Part shown: positions 54,664-64,000 of the stretch, piece after piece
How the letters are laid out: each line of letters starts with the position of its first letter
Position numbering within the stretch: position 1 is the stretch's first letter
Assembly: GCA_963724095.1 (NCBI GenBank)
Contig: CAVRTH010000005.1
Coordinates: 72,155-136,154 of the forward strand
Length of the DNA: 64,000 bases
From: an uncultured Chloroflexia bacterium
GTDB taxonomy: Bacteria; Chloroflexota; Limnocylindria; Limnocylindrales; CSP1-4
Direction of reading: 5' to 3'
Notes under the pieces: model-generated
The model's database searches: none
Told to the model about the DNA's origin: nothing
The model's input: only the letters and a program-made list of their open reading frames with translations
Program-made: the position numbers and the translations under genes

Positions 54664-55284
54664 ATGACCAGCGGCTGGATCCACCTCATCACCGGCTGCA
54701 TGTTCAGCGGCAAGACCGATGAGATGCTGCGCCTCATCCGACGCGCCGAGATCGCAGGCCGGCGTGTGCTACTGATCCGCCCGGCGATGGACAGCCGCAC
54801 AGAGGCTGGTTCGGTCGAATCGCGTTCGGGCGTGACCTACCAAGCTCGTTCGGTAGCTGACAGCCGTGACATCCCTCCCATCGTCACCGGCGAACGCGCC
54901 TCGGTGGTGGCCATCGATGAGGCGCAGTTCTTCGATGCCGGCCTGCCGGAGATCGCCGAGCTGCTGGCAGCCGAAGGGCGGTCGGTGCTCATCAGTGGTC
55001 TCGATCAGGACTTCCTGGGCCGGCCGTTCAACTCCATGCCGATACTACTGGCGCTGGCCGACGAGGTGACCAAGCTGACCGCCATCTGCACCGTTTGCGG
55101 TGCAGAGGCCACGCGCACCCAGCGCATGGTCGGTGGGCGCCCGGCTGCGCTGGACGACCCGCTCATCGTGGTCGGTGGCATGAACGACGACCGTTACGAG
55201 GCCCGCTGCCGCTCCCATCACGTCGTCGGCACGGCGCGCGGAGCGACCTCCTCGCCGATCTGGGAGAACCTGCCTTCCAGTTAG
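54664..55284 (+). CDS. tdk: Thymidine kinase
   Basis: [15 protein letters not shown] (P-loop), AIDEAQFF, and zinc-ribbon Cys pairs CTVCG...ARCRSHH. Confidence 0.92.
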   Translation: MTSGWIHLITGCMFSGKTDEMLRLIRRAEIAGRRVLLIRPAMDSRTEAGSVESRSGVTYQARSVADSRDIPPIVTGERASVVAIDEAQFFDAGLPEIAELLAAEGRSVLISGLDQDFLGRPFNSMPILLALADEVTKLTAICTVCGAEATRTQRMVGGRPAALDDPLIVVGGMNDDRYEARCRSHHVVGTARGATSSPIWENLPSS

Positions 55285-55522
55285 GAGACCGGTCGCGATC
55301 ACGCTCGCACTCGTCACCACACCAGACCACCCTCTGCCACCCCGGCCCCCACCCCTGAACACATCGACCCGATGGGGCCATGACCTCCGGCGAGTGGTCC
55401 TCTCTCCGCTCAGCGTGCAGAGTGAACGCATCCAGCCGCGGACCGAACCGGTCGCGCCGCCGGAGCCCTGTCGCCTCGACAGCGCACGCGAAGATTCGTC
55501 CCGCACCGGAGGTAGCCCGATC

Positions 55523-55974
55523 ATGCGACGTCGATCACCCGGCGCGACCACGCTCGCTTTCAGCTCGATCATGGTCGGGCTGTATTGTCAATCCGCCGCG
55601 CTCGCGCTCATCCTGACCGGCTCGGTATTCGCCGCTGCCGGCTCCCTTCATGGCGCGGTCACCCTCGTCACCGGTGCCGTCTTCCTTGGGCTCACGGTCG
55701 CCGCCTACCTGGTCGGCTACGGGTTCTGGACGACCAGGCATTGGGCATGGGCCGGCGGCATCGTGCTCTTCGCCGTGTTCATGGGCTCCAACATCCTGCT
55801 GTCGATCATCGCCATGAGCTTCATCTCGTCGTTGCTGCCCTCCATCGGCGCCGTGGTCGCCATCGCCTACCTCCAACGGCCTGCCGTCCGCGCAGAGCTG
55901 CTGGGAACGGGGGTCACGCTCGAGGCGACCGTTTCCCCCGCGGGCCCTTCAGCGGCGCGGCAACCGCCCGCTAG
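55523..55974 (+). CDS. Small integral membrane protein (4 predicted TMs); 3' end uncertain
   Basis: SD ggagg about 10 nt before ATG 55523. Hydrophobic ...[24 protein letters not shown]...[38 protein letters not shown]. The same frame stays open into pcrA. Confidence 0.4.
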
Positions 55975-56063
55975 CCTCCGCGGGTCCGCGGCCGGCGCTC
56001 GGCCACTACATCCCCAGCCTTCGCGCCGCAGCCCTATCATCGGGCGAGTGCCGGATCCCAAGG

Positions 56064-58869
56064 ATGGCGCGCAGCGGGTCCGCCGCTGCCGCCCGACCCA
56101 CAAGCCCCCGCCTTCGATGGTTTCTTCGCGCCCCACGAACTGGCGCCTCCGCCAGCGGACGATGATGCTCCGCCAGCACCCCAAGGCGGGCCGCGGGGAC
56201 GACGAGACCGCGGGTCGCATGGGCGCCGCCCCCTCCACGCGCCTCGACCCGGCCGCAGAGCCTGACGATGACGAGGAATGGTTCTCCATGGTCGCTGCGA
56301 CAGCCGGTGAATCGGCTCCGGCGCGCGTCGGCGCCAGCGACCAGGATCGGGCCAAGCGAGCGGGCGACGCGAAGAAGCTGGCCGCGTCGATCGTCAAGCG
56401 CCTCAATCCCGAGCAGGCACGCGCTGTCACCACCACACAAGGGCCGCTGCTGATCCTCGCTGGCGCCGGCTCGGGCAAGACGCGCGTGCTGGCCCATCGC
56501 ATCGCCTACCTCGTCGGCGTCGAAGGCGTGCAAGCCCTGGCAGATCCTGGCGGTGACCTTCACCAACAAGGCTGCCGCCGAGATGCGCGAGCGCATCCTG
56601 GCGCTGGTCGGCGACGAGGGCGCCAGGGTGGCGATGGGCACCTTCCATGCTCTCTGTGCGCGCGTCCTGCGCCGCGACGGGGCCGCCATCGGCATCGACC
56701 CGCGCTTCGCCATCTACGACACCGACGACCAGACCGGCATCGTCAAGGCCGTCCTGCGCGACCTGGAGCTGCAGGGCACCGGCGAGCTGCGGCCGGCGGC
56801 GGTGCTCTCGGCCATCAGCCGCTGGAAGAACGACATGGTCAGCCCGGCCGAGGCCGACGAGAGCGCGCGCGGCTACCTGGAAGCGCAGTACGCCACGGCC
56901 TACGCGCGCTATGCCACGCCGCCTGAAGGCGGCCAGCGCGCTCGACTTCGACGACCTGCTCATCGAGGCCGTGCGGCTCTTCGATGAGGCGCCCGCGGTC
57001 CTGGCCGCACTACCAGCAGCGCTGGCGCTACCTGCACGTCGACGAGTACCAGGACACCAACCGGGCCCAGTACCTGTGGGTGAAGCGCTCGCGCGGGAGC
57101 ACCGCAACCTCGCCGTCGTCGGCGACGACGACCAGTCGATCTACAGCTGGCGTGGCGCCGACCTGCGCAACATCCTCGACTTCGAGGCTGACTATCCCGA
57201 AGCCACGGTGGTCAAGCTGGAGCAGAACTACCGCTCCACGCAGCTCATCCTCGACGCCGCCCACGCGGTGGTGGCGCGCAACGAGGACCGCAAGGACAAG
57301 AAGCTCTGGACCGAGAACCCCGCGGTCAGCTCATCGAGCGTTTCGAAGCCGACCGCGAGGATGAGGAAGCCGAGTGGGTGGCACGCCAGATCGAGGCGCT
57401 GGTGGCCGGGCGAGGCAGCGCCGGCTCGATCCTCTCGCGGCGGGCCGACGACGGCGACGACGAGGAGTACCGCCTCCAGGACATCGCCGTGATGTACCGC
57501 ACCAACGCCCAGAGCCGTGCCATCGAGGAGGCCTTCCTGCGCTACGGGCTGCGCTACCAGCTCGTCGGCGGCACGCGCTTCTATCAGCGCCGCGAGGTCA
57601 AGGACGCGCTGGCCTATCTGCGCTGCACTGCGCAACGACCACGACGTGGCCGCCTTCGAGCGCATCGTCAACGTGCCGCCTCGCGGCATCGGCCAACGCT
57701 CGCTGGAGGCGCTGCGGAGCCTGGCCGAAGACCGTGATTCCGACTACTGGGCGGCACTGGCCGCCGTGGCCGCCGACGAGGGCGAGCTGACGGCGCGCGC
57801 TCGCAACTCGTTGATGGCATTTCGCACGCTCATCGAGCGGCTGCGCTCACGCGTGGGACTCATGGCCTTGCCCGAGCTGCTCGATACGGTGTTGGAGGAA
57901 AGTGGCTACCGCGCCATGCTGATGGACGGCTCCCAGGACGGAGAGGATCGCTGGGGCAACCTCATCGAGCTGCGCGAGGTGGTCGACCGCTACGGCGACC
58001 TCGATCCGAGCGATGCCCTGGACCGATTGCTGGAAGAGACGGCGCTGGTGGCCGACCAGGATGCCTACGCTGGCGATGCCGACAAGGTCACCCTCATCAC
58101 GCTCCATGCGGCCAAGGGGCTGGAGTTCGATGTCGTCTTCATCAGTGGTCTCGAGGAGGGCGTCTTCCCCCATGCTCGAGCGCTGGAGGACCCGCGCCAG
58201 ATGGAGGAGGAGCGACGCCTGGCGTACGTGGGGCTCACGCGCGCCCGCCAGCGGCTCTATCTCACCCACGCGGCACAGCGCGCCACCTGGGGTCGTTCTG
58301 GGTTCTCCGTGCCCAGCCGGTTCCTGCTGGAGATCCCCGAAGAGCTGATGCACGGGCCACGCCTCGTCTCGCTCGACGAAGACGACGATCAGCGTCCGCA
58401 TGACGAGCGCGCCGGCTACGATCTCTCGGCGGTCATCGGCCGGCGTGCCTCCGACACGCGGCTGGTCGGCCGGCCGCCGGTGGGTCCGCGTGGCGGCCGG
58501 CGATTGCCACCGGGTGGCGGCTACACCCCCGCGCCGGGGGCGCCTCGAGCGGGCCAGACGTTCCGTACCTCGCGGGACCTCGCAGCCAGGCGCGAGGCCT
58601 ACTACGGCCGCCTTCCCGATGCTGACTCGGAGCCGCCCGATGAGCCGGTGGCGCCGCCGCCCGACGAGTGGCGAATGCCCCCCGAGTCGAACGTTCCCGG
58701 GGAGCACCGCTACCGCGACGGCCAGAAGGTGCGCCACAAGGTCTTCGGCGAAGGCCACGTCGTCTCCTCCAAGCTCACTCGCAACGACGAGGAGGTCACG
58801 GTCGCCTTCCCCGAAAAGGGCATCAAGAAGCTCATGGCCAGCCTCGCCGACCTGGAGGTTCCGGGCTAG
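56064..58869 (+). pseudogene. pcrA: ATP-dependent DNA helicase PcrA/UvrD; at least 6 frameshifts in 56.5-57.65 kb, 3' half intact; start uncertain (56064, 56162, 56219 or 56288)
   Basis: LNPEQARAV...[58 protein letters not shown] and, in the intact ORF 57517..58869, TLHAAKGLEF, YVGLTRAR. Confidence 0.9.
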
Positions 58870-58920
58870 TCGCGCGCCCCTCGAGCATGCTGGAGAGCCT
58901 GTTGATGACGTTCGGCACTG

Positions 58921-59138
58921 ATGGTGCCGTCGCTGCCGTTCGGCGTGACCTGGGGCGATCTGGTGGGGGCGACATCGGTGCTGGTGCTCTTCGCCCTCGT
59001 CGGGACCGGTGCCGCCATGGTCCTCGGCGCGCTGGTCTTACCACTCGGCGCTGGCCGACATCCTGATGCAGATGGTCGTGCTGGCCGCCTACGCGTTCGT
59101 GCTCGTCGGCATCGGCACATGGGGCCTGCGCCGCCCGC

Positions 59139-59151
<13 letters not shown>
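58921..59151 (+). pseudogene. Possible small membrane protein, one frameshift near 59037
   Basis: ...VTWGDLVGATSVLVLFALVGTGAAMVLGALV, then in another frame YHSALADILMQMVVLAAYAFVLVGIGTWGLRRPLTRG*. Confidence 0.25.
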
Positions 59152-62834
<3,683 letters not shown>

Positions 62835-62862
62835 GCCCCGGCAGCCTCGCTATCCTTGCCTC

Positions 62863-63168
62863 GTGGACACCCTTTCTCGTCGCGACGTCGAACACGTCGC
62901 GCATCTCGCACGCCTGGGGTTGTCCGAGGACGAAGTGACGCTGCTGCAAGGGCAGCTCAACCACATCCTCGAACAATTCGCCGTGCTTTCCCGACTGGAC
63001 ACCGACGGCATCGCCCCCACCGCTCGGGTCATCGAGCTCGAGAATGTCCTGCGCGAGGACGTCGTGCGCCCGGGCCTTCCCGTCGATGCGGCGCTGGCCA
63101 ATGCCCCCGAACGCTGGGGGGACCACTTCGTCGTGCCGGCGGTGCTCGTTGACGAGGGCAGAGACTGA
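62863..63168 (+). CDS. gatC: Glu/Asp-tRNA amidotransferase subunit C
   Basis: VEHVAHLARLGLSEDEVTLLQGQLNHILEQFAVL. GTG 62863 lies 6 nt after TATCCT. Confidence 0.9.
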   Translation: MDTLSRRDVEHVAHLARLGLSEDEVTLLQGQLNHILEQFAVLSRLDTDGIAPTARVIELENVLREDVVRPGLPVDAALANAPERWGDHFVVPAVLVDEGRD

Positions 63169-63172
63169 GCGA

Positions 63173-64000
63173 ATGACACCCGACCCGGCACTGACGCGGC
63201 TCTACGTCCACGAGATGGCGGATGCGTTGCGCTCGGGCGCGACCAGCAGCGCCGAGCTGACCGAGGCGCATCTGGCTTCCATCGAGGCGACCGATACGGC
63301 CATCCACGCCTGGCTGGCGATCGACGCGGATCGCGCTCGCAGGGCCGCCGACGTGGCGGACGGCCGTTTCGCTGCCGCCCGACGCGAGGGCAAGGCCGCC
63401 GGGGCGGCGCTCCCAGCGCTCCTGGGCATCCCGCTAGGGCTCAAGGACTCTCGTCATCGCGAAGGGCCGCCAGGCGACTGCCGGCAGCCGCATCCTCGAG
63501 GGCTTCGTGGCGCCCTACGACGCCCATATCGTCGAGCGGCTCGACGCCGCCGGTGCGGTCATCGTGGGCAAGACCAACATGGACGAGTTCGCCATGGGCT
63601 CATCGACGGAGCACTCGGCCTATGGACCGACCGCCAACCCGTGGGACCTGTCGCGTGTTCCCGGAGGCTCATCGGGCGGGTCCGCCGCGGCCGTGGCTGC
63701 CTACCATGTCCCGCTCGCCATCGGCACCGACACCGGTGGATCGATCCGTCAACCCGCTTCGCTCACCGGCACGGTGGGCATGAAGCCCACCTATGGGCGC
63801 GTCAGCCGCTACGGCATCATCGCCTTCGCCTCATCACTCGACCAGGTCGGACCCATCGCTCGAGACACTCGAGACGCCGCGGTCTTGCTACAAGCGGTCG
63901 CCGGTCATGACGAGCGCGATTCCACCTCGACACCACTGGAGGTGCCGGACTTCGCCTCGGCGCTGGCCGAGAGTGATGACGAGGCCGCGGCATCGTTGCG
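63173..64000 (+). pseudogene. gatA: Glu/Asp-tRNA amidotransferase subunit A, 3'-truncated by the window; one frameshift near 63447
   Basis: MTPDPALTRLYVHEMADALRSG...[10 protein letters not shown], then in another frame [19 protein letters not shown]...[13 protein letters not shown]...[12 protein letters not shown]...[12 protein letters not shown] (amidase signature). Confidence 0.9.

Overview
GC-rich chromosomal segment with Actinomycetota/Chloroflexota-like gene content; the lineage cannot be fixed from this window. I found no rRNA, tRNA, CRISPR array, transposase, integrase, prophage or recognisable defence system.

Gene content, left to right:
- Two convergent Opp/Dpp-type peptide ABC operons: 1-4529 on +, 5331-11423 on -.
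- A two-gene (split) glutamine-dependent NAD synthetase, then rsmI.
- An XRE regulator next to a conserved but uncharacterised triad: N-formylglutamate-amidohydrolase-like, DUF1704/MATCAP-like metallopeptidase and GshB-like ATP-grasp ligase.
- An OmpR/HK pair, then corA.
- An MprAB-like two-component system followed by htrA, which is translationally coupled to a NOX-like ferric-reductase / FMN-binding / ApbE module.
- A cold-shock gene.
- A decayed accessory stretch (about 32.9-39.9 kb): a truncated ECF sigma gene, a 37-codon adenine/adenosine deaminase stub, a broken MBL hydrolase, a broken beta-propeller and a TPR fragment.
- An ssb paralogue, purA-purB-purH, an M19 dipeptidase, metG, a VOC protein, tatD, an acyl-ACP-thioesterase-like gene and a collapsed adenylate-cyclase remnant.
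- A sigma70-type promoter plus CIRCE operator driving groES-groEL.
- A secreted protein of unknown function, then tdk.
- pcrA, an inserted sulfatase-like membrane gene, then ligA-gatC-gatA.

The dominant anomaly is several dozen reading-frame breaks (manual, approximate count).
- They cluster in blocks at 5.3-11.4, 34-39.9, 46.4-51 and 56-57.7 kb.
- They hit essential single-copy genes (metG, pcrA, purH, gatA), while neighbours such as groEL, ligA, purA and purB are intact.
- Most isolated breaks sit exactly at or inside GATC; others sit in short homopolymers.
- I read this as indel-type assembly error, possibly linked to GATC methylation, rather than proven pseudogenisation. Genes are labelled 'pseudogene' only because the sequence as given cannot encode them.

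The most biologically interesting candidates are the ligase/peptidase/amidohydrolase triad and the htrA-flavin redox operon. Neither is demonstrably novel from sequence alone.
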